Under the pieces are notes generated by a model, which was not told the origin of the DNA, did not search any database, and worked only from the letters and a program-made list of their open reading frames with translations. From an uncultured Verrucomicrobiae bacterium (GTDB lineage Bacteria > Verrucomicrobiota > Verrucomicrobiia > Limisphaerales > Palsa-1400), in contig CAVXRD010000002.1 of assembly GCA_963764165.1 (NCBI GenBank), positions 3,072,001 to 3,136,000 of the forward strand: a stretch of DNA of 64,000 nucleotides, written 5' to 3'. Shown here piece after piece: positions 18,205 through 28,765 of this stretch. A program made the position numbers and the translations under genes. Position 1 is the first letter of the stretch. Each line of letters begins with the position of its first letter.

Positions 18205-21200
18205 ATGAAAACACTGAGATCCCGGAAGGTTCGCTCCTCATTAGGCGGGGCGCTTCTCCTCGGCGCACTGGCAACCTCGCCACTGCACGCCCAAACGTAT
18301 CAATCTATCATCGAAGGTGACTCGCCGTTGGATTTTTGGCGTTTCACAGAAACTGTGGCATCACCTCTGCCCAACACGGTCACCAACCTCGGCAGCGTCG
18401 GAGCCGCCGGAACTGGTTATGTCGTTGGGCCCGGCTACTCGGTAACAGGCACCAACGGCATCGTTGGAAACGGCATCTTTCTAAGCAACCCTGGCCAAGG
18501 TTCAGGCACCGTCGATACCAAGATTGATATTCCGAACATTCCGGCGCTGAACCCGAATCCGCCTTTCTCGATTGAGTTTTGGGCGCAACCGAATCCCAAT
18601 GCAACATTTGCACCAAGTGACAGCACCGGTTTGTGTCCGCTTTCATCGCTCTGTCCTGACGGGGATCCGAATTTTTCGGAAAGCGCGCGATCTGGCTGGC
18701 TATTTTACGTGACGCCCACCAGTTGGACAATGCGGTTGGGCGGCCTTCAAAGCTATACGGCTGTCTGCACGTTCGGAACGAACGTCCCCAACACTTCATG
18801 GACGCATGTTGTGGGTGAATTCGATGGTTCGACTGCGTATCTATATTTGAATGGATACTTGGTCAAAACCACGCCTGCGACAAGCAACCCGTTTCAACCT
18901 AACCACTTTCAGGTCCTCCGGTTCGGCGGCACGACGCTGGCCAACAATCCTAACGCAGAGGACGCCAACGGCAGCTCGCTGGTCTCCGGCGGCAACCGTG
19001 GATGGGACGGATTTCTTGACGAAGTTGCCATCTACACCAACCTCCTGAGCTCCAACACGGTCATGTCGCATTACACGGCGGGCATTGCGCATTCAGCCAG
19101 TTACAGTTCCCTCATTCTCGCTTCCTCGCCGGTCGGCTACTGGCCGCTGAACGAAGGCGTGTATACACCACCGAGCGTCGACGGAACGTTTGCCGCCGAC
19201 ATCGGTTCAGCCGCCAACAGCGGAACGAATACCATCGGAACCCTCGCGGACCAGCCCGGCGTTCCGGGCCTTGGCGATCCCTCTGTCTACTATAGCGGCG
19301 CCATCGGATCATTGGTGCTGGACTCGCCCACTCCGGTTAATGTCGCGGGGCAGACTCTCACGCTGGCGGCATGGATCAAGCAGACTGGTTTTGATTACGT
19401 CTCCGACATCATTGCCCAAGGGTTTGACACAACAAACTACTTCGAAAACTTCCTCCGCGTCGGCGATTCGTTCGACTGGGCGAATTCACAGGACAACAAT
19501 TCCGGTGAAAATTACAACACCAATGTCGTGAACAACGTCAACTATTACGAGGTGGGCGCGTACGACGATGGCCCAGGCTATGTTAGCGCGGTTTTCCCCG
19601 TCCCGAATGGAGATCTTGGGCACTGGGTATTCCTGGTCGGCACCTACGATGGAGAGAATTGGAATCTTTATCGCAACGGTGTGTTAGCGGCCCAGTTTAA
19701 CGGCAGCTTTCCCGACGGAAGCGGTTCCGGGCCTGTCGCTGTAAACTATCCGTGGTCGGTTGGTTCACGCAGCGAGCCGAGTCCGTACTTCGGAATGTTT
19801 TTCCCAGGCTATATTGCGGAACCCGCTGTTCTTACCACCGCCCTTTCGGCGGCAACAATTTCCAATCTTTACAACAAAGCAGCGCTGCCTCCTGTCGTCA
19901 CGGCGCCTGCGCAAGTGGTCTCGCCGGCCTACGTCGGTCAGAACGTCGCGTATAGCATCTGGGCCGACGGGCCCGGCGGCCTGCACTATCAATGGTACTC
20001 CAATAACGTTGCCATGAGTGGTCAAACGTCCAGCAACCTCAGTTTGAGCGGTGTTACCCCAAGCTCTGACGCAACCTACTCCGTCGTCGTGTCCAACCCA
20101 TACGGATCAGTCACGGATTCGGTGCCACTCTTCGTAACCCCTTCGCTGCCTGCTGTAACGATCGTGCCGGCGGCGGAAAAGCGGTGGATTGGAACAGAGC
20201 TGAGTTTTGCTCCTGCCAGCCTGCCTTCTGTATCGCTGACCTACCAGTGGTACCTTAACGGAACCAACATCCCCGGCGCGACATCTTCCAATTACACCGC
20301 AGTCACAACCAGCAGCAGTGCTGGCAGCTACACGCTGATTGCGACCAGCACGTACGGCGCGGTTACCAGTTCAGTCTCCACGTTGACGCCGCTGACTCCG
20401 CCGAACTCCTACGTCTCAACGATTGTGGGTGACCAACCGGAAGCGTATTTCCGCCTCGATGAACAGAGCGGCACCGTTGCCCACGATTACGCCGGTGGCA
20501 ACGACGGTCAATATATTGGCGCCCTTACCTTGGGAGTCCCTGGCTATTCGCTGGTCGACACCGATACGGCCGTTTATTTCCCTGGCCAAGCGGTGGATTA
20601 TGTTGGCAACTTTGGGGCCACATCCATTGACTTCCCGGGCACGAGCTCGGAGTTCTCGATTGAAGCGTGGGCCAAGGGGCCGGCGGTCCAGAATGTGGGG
20701 ACAGGCGTGATTGTGGCCAAAGGCCATAGCAACAACGGAACCACTGCCAATGAGCAGTTTAGTCTCCTCAACAACGGCGGCACATGGGAATTCCTGGTTC
20801 GCGACTCACACGCCACCGCGCATACGGCGACGGCAAGCACTGGCCCCGATGGAAGCTGGCATCATCTGGTCGGCGTCTTCGATTCAGCCGGCGGCAGCAT
20901 GTATCTCTATGTCGACGGTGTCCAGGCGGCCTCGGGCAGCGCGACTGGCCTGAATGGCGGCGTCATTGACAACGGGTCTTCGGTAAGCATCGGGTCAGAA
21001 AGTTCCGGCCCGACGCCTGATTATGCTTACGCCTTCGAGGGAACGATTGACGAAGTAGCGATCTATGGGCACGCATTGAGCCCGGCGCAAGTCTCGGCGC
21101 ACTATGCGGCGGTTTACGGGCCGAATACACCTCCGTTTATCACCAGCCAGCCCACTTCGGTGACGAACTACTTCAGCCTCCCCGCGACACTGTCTGTTGC

Positions 21201-22356
21201 CGCCGCCGGCACGACTCCGCTGACGTATCAGTGGAACCAGAATGGCAGCCCGGTTTCGGGTGCGACGACCGCGACCTTGTCGTTCCCCTCATTGGATTAC
21301 AATCAGGCGGGAACGTACACGGTCGGCATTACCAACACGATCAGTGGTGGCGTGGTTACTGGCATCCTCAGCGCGCCCGTGACCGTCACCGTCCTGGCTC
21401 CGCCGACCAATCCGCCGGCGATCCCCGGGATGGTGATGCACCTGCCGTTTGATAATAACCTTATCGACACAACAGGCCGCGGCAATAACGCCACCAATCT
21501 GGCCAGCGGCGGCGCTCCGCTGATTACGAACAACTACGTTCAAGGAGTGATCGGCAATGCCTTCCAGTTCCAAACGACGGTCGATTCGAGCGTAGGAGGA
21601 ACAACGAACGCAAACTATGCAACGCTAGGTGTGCGCCCTGACTTGCAGTTCGGTTCCGGCAGCTTCACGGTCAGCATGTGGATCCAGCTTCCCTACAACT
21701 CCGAGCCATATGATCTGCCGTTCTTCACGGACGTTGTTGGATCCACGTTTGGCGCCCCGGGTTACGTGTTCACCTCTTCCTTCCAACTGGGCGGCTGGGG
21801 TTACTCTGTGTATAACGAAACCGGCAGTGCTGGCTTGGGCGTGTATGGACCCAGCCAATTGCTCAACGATGGCAACTGGCACAACCTTGTCTTCATCATC
21901 GACCAGGTGAATGGGGCAACTGTCTATATGGACGGCGTCGTGTCGCAGGGAACTATCGAGGGTGGTTCCACCGCGATCGGAATGGGCGATATTGACAGCA
22001 CTGAACCAGCCACCATCGGCCAGGACCCGACCGGCCTTTATGAGGGAGGCTTGGTGCAATCAGCAAATACGCTCCAAATCGGGATCGATGACCTCGCGGT
22101 CTGGAAGCGCGCGCTCACCCCGCTGGAAGCGGCTTCGATCTACGAAGCGGGTTTCTACAATGGGGTCGGCATCACCAACGCTCCGCTCACCTTCACCATG
22201 ACGAAGATCGCCGGCCCGAAACTGGTGCTGAACTGGAACGAGGGCGTTCTCCAAACCACGACCAACTTGGCTGGCGCTTGGACGACTCTGTCTGTCACGT
22301 CGCCGTATACCAATACGCCGTCGGGCAGCGATGCGTTCTTCCGCGTCAAGTTCTAA
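18205..22356 (+). CDS. Large secreted LamG (concanavalin-like) / Ig-like multidomain protein
   Basis: Signal peptide ending LHA; four LamG-like domains (LDEVAIY, IAEPAVL, IDEVAIY, IDDLAVW); three YQW Ig repeats; conserved C-terminal domain. Confidence 0.9.
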   Translation: MKTLRSRKVRSSLGGALLLGALATSPLHAQTYQSIIEGDSPLDFWRFTETVASPLPNTVTNLGSVGAAGTGYVVGPGYSVTGTNGIVGNGIFLSNPGQGSGTVDTKIDIPNIPALNPNPPFSIEFWAQPNPNATFAPSDSTGLCPLSSLCPDGDPNFSESARSGWLFYVTPTSWTMRLGGLQSYTAVCTFGTNVPNTSWTHVVGEFDGSTAYLYLNGYLVKTTPATSNPFQPNHFQVLRFGGTTLANNPNAEDANGSSLVSGGNRGWDGFLDEVAIYTNLLSSNTVMSHYTAGIAHSASYSSLILASSPVGYWPLNEGVYTPPSVDGTFAADIGSAANSGTNTIGTLADQPGVPGLGDPSVYYSGAIGSLVLDSPTPVNVAGQTLTLAAWIKQTGFDYVSDIIAQGFDTTNYFENFLRVGDSFDWANSQDNNSGENYNTNVVNNVNYYEVGAYDDGPGYVSAVFPVPNGDLGHWVFLVGTYDGENWNLYRNGVLAAQFNGSFPDGSGSGPVAVNYPWSVGSRSEPSPYFGMFFPGYIAEPAVLTTALSAATISNLYNKAALPPVVTAPAQVVSPAYVGQNVAYSIWADGPGGLHYQWYSNNVAMSGQTSSNLSLSGVTPSSDATYSVVVSNPYGSVTDSVPLFVTPSLPAVTIVPAAEKRWIGTELSFAPASLPSVSLTYQWYLNGTNIPGATSSNYTAVTTSSSAGSYTLIATSTYGAVTSSVSTLTPLTPPNSYVSTIVGDQPEAYFRLDEQSGTVAHDYAGGNDGQYIGALTLGVPGYSLVDTDTAVYFPGQAVDYVGNFGATSIDFPGTSSEFSIEAWAKGPAVQNVGTGVIVAKGHSNNGTTANEQFSLLNNGGTWEFLVRDSHATAHTATASTGPDGSWHHLVGVFDSAGGSMYLYVDGVQAASGSATGLNGGVIDNGSSVSIGSESSGPTPDYAYAFEGTIDEVAIYGHALSPAQVSAHYAAVYGPNTPPFITSQPTSVTNYFSLPATLSVAAAGTTPLTYQWNQNGSPVSGATTATLSFPSLDYNQAGTYTVGITNTISGGVVTGILSAPVTVTVLAPPTNPPAIPGMVMHLPFDNNLIDTTGRGNNATNLASGGAPLITNNYVQGVIGNAFQFQTTVDSSVGGTTNANYATLGVRPDLQFGSGSFTVSMWIQLPYNSEPYDLPFFTDVVGSTFGAPGYVFTSSFQLGGWGYSVYNETGSAGLGVYGPSQLLNDGNWHNLVFIIDQVNGATVYMDGVVSQGTIEGGSTAIGMGDIDSTEPATIGQDPTGLYEGGLVQSANTLQIGIDDLAVWKRALTPLEAASIYEAGFYNGVGITNAPLTFTMTKIAGPKLVLNWNEGVLQTTTNLAGAWTTLSVTSPYTNTPSGSDAFFRVKF

Positions 22357-22387
22357 ACTTGCCGCTCTGAGAAAAGAGCAATTCACG

Positions 22388-22422
22388 CAGAGGCCGGGAG
22401 CAATCCCGGCCTCTGTTGTTTT
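22388..22422 (+). terminator. Rho-independent terminator
   Basis: CAGAGGCCGGGA-GCAA-TCCCGGCCTCTG-TTGTTTT. Confidence 0.85.
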
Positions 22423-22475
22423 CGAAAGTCAAAAATGCTTTGACCATCCCGGCGAACCACTTAACCTTGGCAGTC

Positions 22476-23597
22476 ATGTTGAAACGAACGCCGTTATTTG
22501 GGGCGCACAAGAAATTGGGAGCCCAACTGGTGGAATTTGGAGGCTGGGAGATGCCCGTCTGTTATTCGGGCATTATTGAGGAACACACCACGGTGCGCAG
22601 CGCGGCGGGGATTTTCGATATTTCACACATGGGAGAGATTACCGCGGCCGGCCCGAGCGCCGCGGCGTTTTTGAATTTCATTCTCAGCAACGACATCCTC
22701 AAATTGCAGCCCGGCCAGGGCCAGTACACCATCCTTTGCAACGAGCGTGGCGGAGCCATTGACGACCTCTATGTCTACCGCCTTGGCGAGGAAGACTTTT
22801 TGTTGGTGGTCAACGCTTCCCGAATCGAAGCCGACTTTGCGTGGATCAAGAAGCAATGGGCTGATTTTCCAGCGCACCGAGGGGTTGATCTCAAAAACCG
22901 CTCTGACGAGATGGCGGCGGTGGCGGTGCAAGGTCCGAAGGTGGCCGGATTTATTGACTCTTGCTTTTCCGCCGGAGCCCGGACGGCGGCGTCCTTGCAG
23001 AAGAATGAAATTGGCAAGTTTGATTTCAGCGGGCAGACCGTCTTGGTGTCCCGCACGGGATACACTGGCGAGGATGGGTTTGAAATTGTCAGCGATGCCG
23101 GCATCATCGAGCCGCTCTGGGACAAAATACTTGAAGCCGGAAAACCGGCGGGCATCAAGCCGGCCGGGCTTGGTTGCCGCGATACCCTCCGCACGGAGGT
23201 TTGTTATCCGCTTTACGGGCACGAATTGAACGAAGACACCACCCCTCTTGAGGCGGGACTTGGTTATTTCGTCGCGCTTGGCAAGGGCGAATTCGTGGGC
23301 CGCGCCACTCTGGCAAAGCAAAAGGCGGAAGGAACCCCCCGCAAATTGGCCGCGTTCAAGATGACCGAGCGCAGCGCCCCGCCGCGGCCTGGCTACGCCA
23401 TCTGGAGCACGGGGGAGGCGGCGGAATCGATTGGCATGATTTCAAGCGGGACGCAAAGCCCGTCTCTCGGCTGCGGCATTGGGCTGGGTTTTGTGGCGCC
23501 AAATTTTGCCCCCGCCAATACGGCGATTGCAATTGAAATTCGAGGGAAACGCGTGCCCGCGGTCACCGTGGCCCGCCCTATTTACCGCAAGGGCTGA
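22476..23597 (+). CDS. gcvT: Glycine cleavage system aminomethyltransferase T
   Basis: LKRTPL, FGGWEMPV, FDISHMG, SRTGYTGEDGFE, GLGCRDTLRTE, LYGHEL. Confidence 0.96.
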   Translation: MLKRTPLFGAHKKLGAQLVEFGGWEMPVCYSGIIEEHTTVRSAAGIFDISHMGEITAAGPSAAAFLNFILSNDILKLQPGQGQYTILCNERGGAIDDLYVYRLGEEDFLLVVNASRIEADFAWIKKQWADFPAHRGVDLKNRSDEMAAVAVQGPKVAGFIDSCFSAGARTAASLQKNEIGKFDFSGQTVLVSRTGYTGEDGFEIVSDAGIIEPLWDKILEAGKPAGIKPAGLGCRDTLRTEVCYPLYGHELNEDTTPLEAGLGYFVALGKGEFVGRATLAKQKAEGTPRKLAAFKMTERSAPPRPGYAIWSTGEAAESIGMISSGTQSPSLGCGIGLGFVAPNFAPANTAIAIEIRGKRVPAVTVARPIYRKG

Positions 23598-23632
23598 CGA
23601 TTCGATGCAGGACAAAATTCTTCACGAACAAA

Positions 23633-23689
23633 GTGGCAGCGGCGTCCCGCCGGTGAATCGGCCCGCCAGAGGCGAGACGCCTCTGCCAC
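23633..23689. repeat. GTGG/GTAG-type REP doublet
   Basis: GTGGCAGCGGCGTCCCGCCGGTG ... CAGAGGCGAGACGCCTCTGCCAC. Confidence 0.7.
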
Positions 23690-23795
23690 CTTTAATGAAC
23701 ACCGCGGCGGAAGAATTTTGTTTTGCGCCACCGACTTCGATGCTGCCGAAAAAGATTTTCAAAAACCTTGATCGTCATACACTGGAAGAACTGAT

Positions 23796-24182
23796 ATGAG
23801 CGAAAATGTTCCCGCTGATCTTAAATACGCCAAATCGCACGAATGGGTTCGGATTGAAGGCGACACCGCCACTATTGGCATCACCGACCATGCGCAGCAT
23901 GAATTGACGGACGTTGTCTTTGTTGAAGTGCCGGTGGTTGGCCGAAAGGTTGCCGCAGGGGAACCGTGCGCGGTGGTGGAGTCCGTCAAGACGGCGAGCG
24001 ATATTTATTCTCCACTGAGCGGCGAAATTGTCGCCGTAAATCCTGAACTCGCCCAGCATCCGGAACTGGTCAACCGCGAGCCTTTCGCGGGCGGCTGGTT
24101 CTTCAAGCTCAAGCTCGCGCAGCCCGATGAATCGAGCCGCCTGCTTGACGCCGCGGCGTATACAAAGCAAATCGCGCCCTAA
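23796..24182 (+). CDS. gcvH: Glycine cleavage system H protein
   Basis: YAKSHEW, GITDHAQ, lipoyl site VESVKTASD. Confidence 0.97.
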   Translation: MSENVPADLKYAKSHEWVRIEGDTATIGITDHAQHELTDVVFVEVPVVGRKVAAGEPCAVVESVKTASDIYSPLSGEIVAVNPELAQHPELVNREPFAGGWFFKLKLAQPDESSRLLDAAAYTKQIAP

Positions 24183-24198
24183 CCGATTTCAGCCTTCG

Positions 24199-24867
24199 AT
24201 GGAAGCCACTTACAAGATCATCGGCGGTGACGGCGCCGAATACGGCCCCGCGACGCTTGACGAACTGCGCGAATGGATACGCGACGGGCGCGTGGCGGGA
24301 AAGACGCAGGTCTGGCGAAGCGACGCGGCGGGATGGTCTCCAGCCGCGCGTTATGCGGAACTGGCCAGCGACCTGGCCAGGCTTGATGCCTCAACCGCCG
24401 CCGCGGCCCGCCCCTGCGGTTTTTGGGCGCGGCTGGGGGCGCACATTATTGACTCGCTCGTCCTTGGCGCCTTGTTCCAACTGGTGTGGTCGCAGTTGAC
24501 ACTCTCTCATGATTGGCCGCTGCCTCCTTTGCCCACCGTGCTCAACGACGAAACGGTGAAACAATTTGTGCAGGACTGCCAAATCTGGGCCAATCATGCG
24601 ATCGTGGTCTACTACCCCATTTGTTTGGTTTACGATATGCTGATGAACGGGCGGTTTGGAGCGACCCTCGGGAAGATGGCCATCGGGGCGCGCATTGTCA
24701 TGCTTGACGGTTCGCACATCGGATACGGCAGGGCGGCCATTCGGGGAATCGCTTCCGTTGCAATCGAGTTATTCTGTTTGCCAGCCAACGTCATCATTGG
24801 CCTTCGCCGCGACAAACGCGCGCTTCACGATTTCGTGGCGGGCACGCGGGTGATTTACAAGTCATGA
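24199..24867 (+). CDS. GYF-like (DUF4339) + RDD family membrane protein
   Basis: YKIIGGDGAEYGP...W...GRV; GFWARLGAHIID, TLGK, HDFVAGTRV. Confidence 0.85.
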   Translation: MEATYKIIGGDGAEYGPATLDELREWIRDGRVAGKTQVWRSDAAGWSPAARYAELASDLARLDASTAAAARPCGFWARLGAHIIDSLVLGALFQLVWSQLTLSHDWPLPPLPTVLNDETVKQFVQDCQIWANHAIVVYYPICLVYDMLMNGRFGATLGKMAIGARIVMLDGSHIGYGRAAIRGIASVAIELFCLPANVIIGLRRDKRALHDFVAGTRVIYKS

Positions 24868-25388
24868 ACAGCTCCCCGAATCGCCGCATCGTCCTGATTG
24901 CGCTAGCGGTGGTGCTGCTGGACCAATGCACCAAGCTGCTGGTTCTGCGCTGGCTTCCGCCTCCCCAGGAATGGGTCGTCATTGATGGATTCTTTCGCTT
25001 CGTGAATTGGAGCAACACGGGCGCGGCCTTCAGCTTCCTGCCGAACAAGAACGATTCCCTCGCGGTTGTATCCGTCTGCGCGCTGGCCGGCCTTATTTTC
25101 TGGCGGAGCCATTTTTATGTGCGCAGCGCGCTCGGCCAGGTCTCCTTTGCGCTCATATGCGGCGGCATCGTGGGCAATCTGGCGGACAGAATTCACTACC
25201 ATCGAGTCGTCGATTTTCTCCGCTTCTATCTTTACCGGCGCAGCGGGGAGGAAATTGGATTCCCGGCCTTCAACATGGCTGACAGCGCGATTTGCATCGG
25301 CGTCGGGCTTCTCATTTTGCTTTCGTGGAAGGAAGACCGGATGGGAGCCGGGGCCCGGCCTGATTCCAAGACGCCCGCTGTCCCCTAA
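24864..25388 (+). CDS. lspA: Lipoprotein signal peptidase II
   Basis: DQCTK, NTGAAFS, GGIVGNLADR, VVDF, PAFNMADSAI. Confidence 0.95.
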   Translation: MNSSPNRRIVLIALAVVLLDQCTKLLVLRWLPPPQEWVVIDGFFRFVNWSNTGAAFSFLPNKNDSLAVVSVCALAGLIFWRSHFYVRSALGQVSFALICGGIVGNLADRIHYHRVVDFLRFYLYRRSGEEIGFPAFNMADSAICIGVGLLILLSWKEDRMGAGARPDSKTPAVP

Positions 25389-25405
25389 GGCGGAGCCCGG
25401 ATTCC

Positions 25406-26341
25406 ATGAAGGAGGAAATCGTCATTGCGGAGACTCTTCCGCACGAGCGCCTCGACATTTTCCTGCGCGAAAAATTTCCCGCCCTGTCGCGCGGCGCGAT
25501 CCAGCGCCTTATTGTTGACGGTGAAATTCGTGTTGACGGAAGAAGAGTCAAGCCCAGCCATCATCCGCGCGCCGGCGAGACCGTCGCCATCGAGCAGCGC
25601 GACGCGCGCCCCGCCGAGGCCAGGGCCGAGGAAATTCCGCTGGATATTCTCTACGAAGACGACGGCATGGTGGTGATTAACAAGCCGGCGGGCCTGGTGG
25701 TGCATCCCGCCTCGGGGCACAACGAACACACGCTGGTGAACGCCTTGCTGCATCACTGCCAAGGACAGCTAAGCGGCATCGGCGGTGTGGCAAGGCCCGG
25801 CATCGTGCATCGATTGGACAAAGGCACCAGCGGCTGCATCGTCGCAGCCAAAAACGACGCCGCGCATGTTCATCTGGCGGCCCAATTCGCGGAACGGAGC
25901 GTGGCAAAAACTTATCGAGCCATCGTTTGCGGCGGCATGACCCCGGCCAAAGGCGAAATCAACGCGCCCCTGGCCCGCGATCCCGTTCACAGGAAGCGAA
26001 TGGCGGTTGTCGCAGGCAAAGGGAAGGGCAGAGCGGCCCGAACAACTTTTCGCGTGGTGGAAAAATGGCTGGCGGCGTCGCTGGTCGAGCTGGACTTGCA
26101 CACCGGGCGGACGCATCAGATTCGGGTTCATCTCAAGCACCTGGGATTTCCGATTCTCGGTGATGACGTTTACGGCGGGCGCGCCACGGCGCGATTGGAG
26201 AAGGCCACTGGCTTTCACGCGCAGCGGCCTTTGCTTCATGCATGGCGGCTTGCTTTAGCAGTTCCAAAGAGTGGAAAGAGGCTGACCTTTGAAGCTCCAT
26301 TGCCGGCCGATATGCGAACAGCCCTTGATTTTTTCAAGTAG
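25406..26341 (+). CDS. RluA/RluD family pseudouridine synthase
   Basis: S4 domain, NKPAGLVVHP, RPGIVHRLDKGTSG, TGRTHQIRVH. Confidence 0.95.
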   Translation: MKEEIVIAETLPHERLDIFLREKFPALSRGAIQRLIVDGEIRVDGRRVKPSHHPRAGETVAIEQRDARPAEARAEEIPLDILYEDDGMVVINKPAGLVVHPASGHNEHTLVNALLHHCQGQLSGIGGVARPGIVHRLDKGTSGCIVAAKNDAAHVHLAAQFAERSVAKTYRAIVCGGMTPAKGEINAPLARDPVHRKRMAVVAGKGKGRAARTTFRVVEKWLAASLVELDLHTGRTHQIRVHLKHLGFPILGDDVYGGRATARLEKATGFHAQRPLLHAWRLALAVPKSGKRLTFEAPLPADMRTALDFFK

Positions 26342-26367
26342 TGGTTCACTATACAAGCGGGTCGCGC

Positions 26368-27015
26368 ATGGATTCCTTTAAACATTCCTGTCCGTTTTGC
26401 AGCCAACGGATTGAGTATACTGCTGGATACTGCGGCAAACAAATGCAGTGCCCAAGCTGCGGCCAGACCGTCACTTTTCCCGCCGTCCCCCCAAAAGCTG
26501 CCGGCCCCTCCCTGAAGTCCAAGAGCTTGAATCGCACAAAGCCAGCCGCCGCGGCCGCGGCGGGAAAGGTCTCAGCGATGTTTGCCGGCTTGCGGAACTT
26601 TGAGCATTGGCAAGTCGTCGGCCAATGCGTGGTGCCCTTCTTGATCATCGGCGCTCTCCTGGGAGGCGCCTTGTTCGTCAAGAATAAATTTGGCTCCCCG
26701 GCGGCGGAAATCGCTGTTCCGACCGTGCAGGCAGATCCCGGCGCATGGGAAAAAGCGTCTGATTTGAACAAGGCGGACACCGCCGTCAAGGCTGCTGTCC
26801 AGACGCTGGCAGCGGCGCACACCGCTTGTGACGCGGCGGAATTGCGCGTCCGCCAGACCAAGGGACTTGAATCCTGGCAGCGCAAGAACGCCGAGGAACA
26901 GCAGGCGCAGGCGCAAGCGAGACTCGGGGCGGCTCGAAAAGAATTCGACCGCGCGTTCAACCGCTATCGCGACCTTGGCGGCACAGTCGATTATCGGGGG
27001 CAGGTTAAATTTTAG
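26368..27015 (+). CDS. Hypothetical membrane protein with N-terminal zinc ribbon
   Basis: CPFC...CPSC, one TM segment, helical C-terminus. Confidence 0.75.
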   Translation: MDSFKHSCPFCSQRIEYTAGYCGKQMQCPSCGQTVTFPAVPPKAAGPSLKSKSLNRTKPAAAAAAGKVSAMFAGLRNFEHWQVVGQCVVPFLIIGALLGGALFVKNKFGSPAAEIAVPTVQADPGAWEKASDLNKADTAVKAAVQTLAAAHTACDAAELRVRQTKGLESWQRKNAEEQQAQAQARLGAARKEFDRAFNRYRDLGGTVDYRGQVKF

Positions 27016-27112
27016 GAAGCGGGCAGCAGGGCTAAATGGGAAGAATGTGAATCGCTCGTCGGGGCCTCGCCCTGGCGGGGTTTGCGGATGATTCGCCAGT
27101 GCTGTTCGGTCG

Positions 27113-28084
27113 TTACTGCTTATCCGGCCACAGCGCCTCAAGAGTGGCGGCGAGCCGGTAGCCAGCCTTTTCGATCTGTTCCTCGGCTGCCTGGTCGGAC
27201 CACTCGATGTATTCCGGAGAAAGGTCTTTGATATGCCATTGGACTCGCGGCGCGCCGGTTCGGGAATCTGTTTGACTGTCGTCCTCGTCGATGACCGTCA
27301 CGTCGTGGACTTTGGCGGATAGCACAACGCTTTCGCTGGCCCAGGCTCGATCCCAATCCATAAAGGGGCCGCGCGTTTTCCAGCGCGGGGCTGGCTTCTT
27401 CAAGAGGAAGGCTGCGTATTCTTTAGGCGTCTCCACGTGCGCTTTGGCCATGTCCGCCCGCACGACCGTTGTGTCCCAATAATAATGCAGTTGGAATTGG
27501 TTCGTGCCGCCATAGAAAAGCTTGTTGCCCCCTTGATCGTCGTGGTACTTGCCGTTGTATCCATTTGGGTCGACGAATTTGGTTTTGTCCAAGTAGCCCG
27601 CGCCGACATGCAATGGTTGATGAAGGTCTTCAATATAATGGGCCAGCAATCTCAAGGCGACACGCGGCGGCACGTCCTTGAAGATCGTTTGCTGTTCAGG
27701 CTTCCCTTGCAAAATCAAGATGCAGGCTGGAATGGCATGAACGACGTCGACATTGGTCGCCCCGATTGAACCATCGCTGTACTTCGTTTCCTCGAATGGG
27801 ATGTCCGTGTAGTGCGAGACGGTGTGATGCGGATTGGCGGTCTTGAACTGAATCATCTCGTCGGTTTGGCCTTCCCGGCCCTTCACCACATCCGCCCAAA
27901 TGGAAGCTGTGGAAAGGCTTTCCTCGCCGAGCAATTCATGGACGTGCTGCGCGGCAACCGTCCCGGCGATCAATTGATCCGCCATTGCGCCAATGGTCTT
28001 GTGCCCTTCGCTGCCCCAAGCGAAAACGGAGGGGCCTGGCCCGGCAACACAAACACACACAAAGACGCCGCAGAGAATTTTCAT
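27113..28084 (-). CDS. Secreted S1/P1 nuclease
   Basis: Signal peptide then WGSEGH, WAD, HYTD, HYIEDLHQPLH, DQGGN, LHYYWD. Confidence 0.92.
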   Translation of the reverse strand: MKILCGVFVCVCVAGPGPSVFAWGSEGHKTIGAMADQLIAGTVAAQHVHELLGEESLSTASIWADVVKGREGQTDEMIQFKTANPHHTVSHYTDIPFEETKYSDGSIGATNVDVVHAIPACILILQGKPEQQTIFKDVPPRVALRLLAHYIEDLHQPLHVGAGYLDKTKFVDPNGYNGKYHDDQGGNKLFYGGTNQFQLHYYWDTTVVRADMAKAHVETPKEYAAFLLKKPAPRWKTRGPFMDWDRAWASESVVLSAKVHDVTVIDEDDSQTDSRTGAPRVQWHIKDLSPEYIEWSDQAAEEQIEKAGYRLAATLEALWPDKQ

Positions 28085-28324
28085 GGCCGCGAGTATGGCG
28101 GGCTGGGGGCCGCAATTCAAGAGCGGAAGGTAACGCGAGACTCCGTCCGGGCGCAATTTGAACAGGAGAAAGACAGAAGGAGCGGAGACGAAAAAATCAT
28201 CCTTGGGCAAAAACAGCGTTTTTCTCTGTGCTCTCGGTTTTCGTCCTGTTTAGATTCGATGTCTGCCGCCCGCCAAAGTCGGAAACATTGGAATGGGCTC
28301 GACGGAGTCTCGCCCTGCCGACCG

Positions 28325-28765
28325 CTAAGCTATCGCTCGACTTTTCGAGGTTTGCGCTGTATCAAGTGCCTGGCGTACGGCTGGAACCAACGCGGCAAGT
28401 TCGCTCTTGAGCACGCGCAAGGGCAGCGCGGCAGAATTTGCATCCGCATCCTCGAAGTTATCCAGATTGCCCGAAAGCACAACGACCGGAGTCGCCGGTT
28501 GCAAGGTGCGGGCCAGTTGGGCAGGGCTGGCGCCGCTCCATCCTGGCACGTTTTGGTCGCACAAAATCAGATCATAAACGCCATCCGCCAGCGCTTTCTC
28601 GAACGCAGGCATCTCGCCGACCAGCGTGATTTTGCACGGCACGCCGCCATTCTGGAGATAATAACTGACAATCTCCGCGTCCAGTTTGGAATCCTCCAAA
28701 TGAAGAATCTTCACCGCAGCCGGTTGCGGATCGGAATGCCTTGTCGTTGGTGTGACCACGTTCAT
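28325..28765 (-). CDS. Stand-alone response regulator receiver domain (C-terminal half divergent)
   Basis: ILHLEDSKLD, YDLILCDQNVPGWSG, PVVVLSG, VLKS. Confidence 0.75.
   Translation of the reverse strand: MNVVTPTTRHSDPQPAAVKILHLEDSKLDAEIVSYYLQNGGVPCKITLVGEMPAFEKALADGVYDLILCDQNVPGWSGASPAQLARTLQPATPVVVLSGNLDNFEDADANSAALPLRVLKSELAALVPAVRQALDTAQTSKSRAIA

Noticed and set aside
22357..22475. Glycine riboswitch expected before gcvT
   Set aside because: The space is taken by the upstream terminator and a promoter-like sequence; no aptamer motifs are seen.
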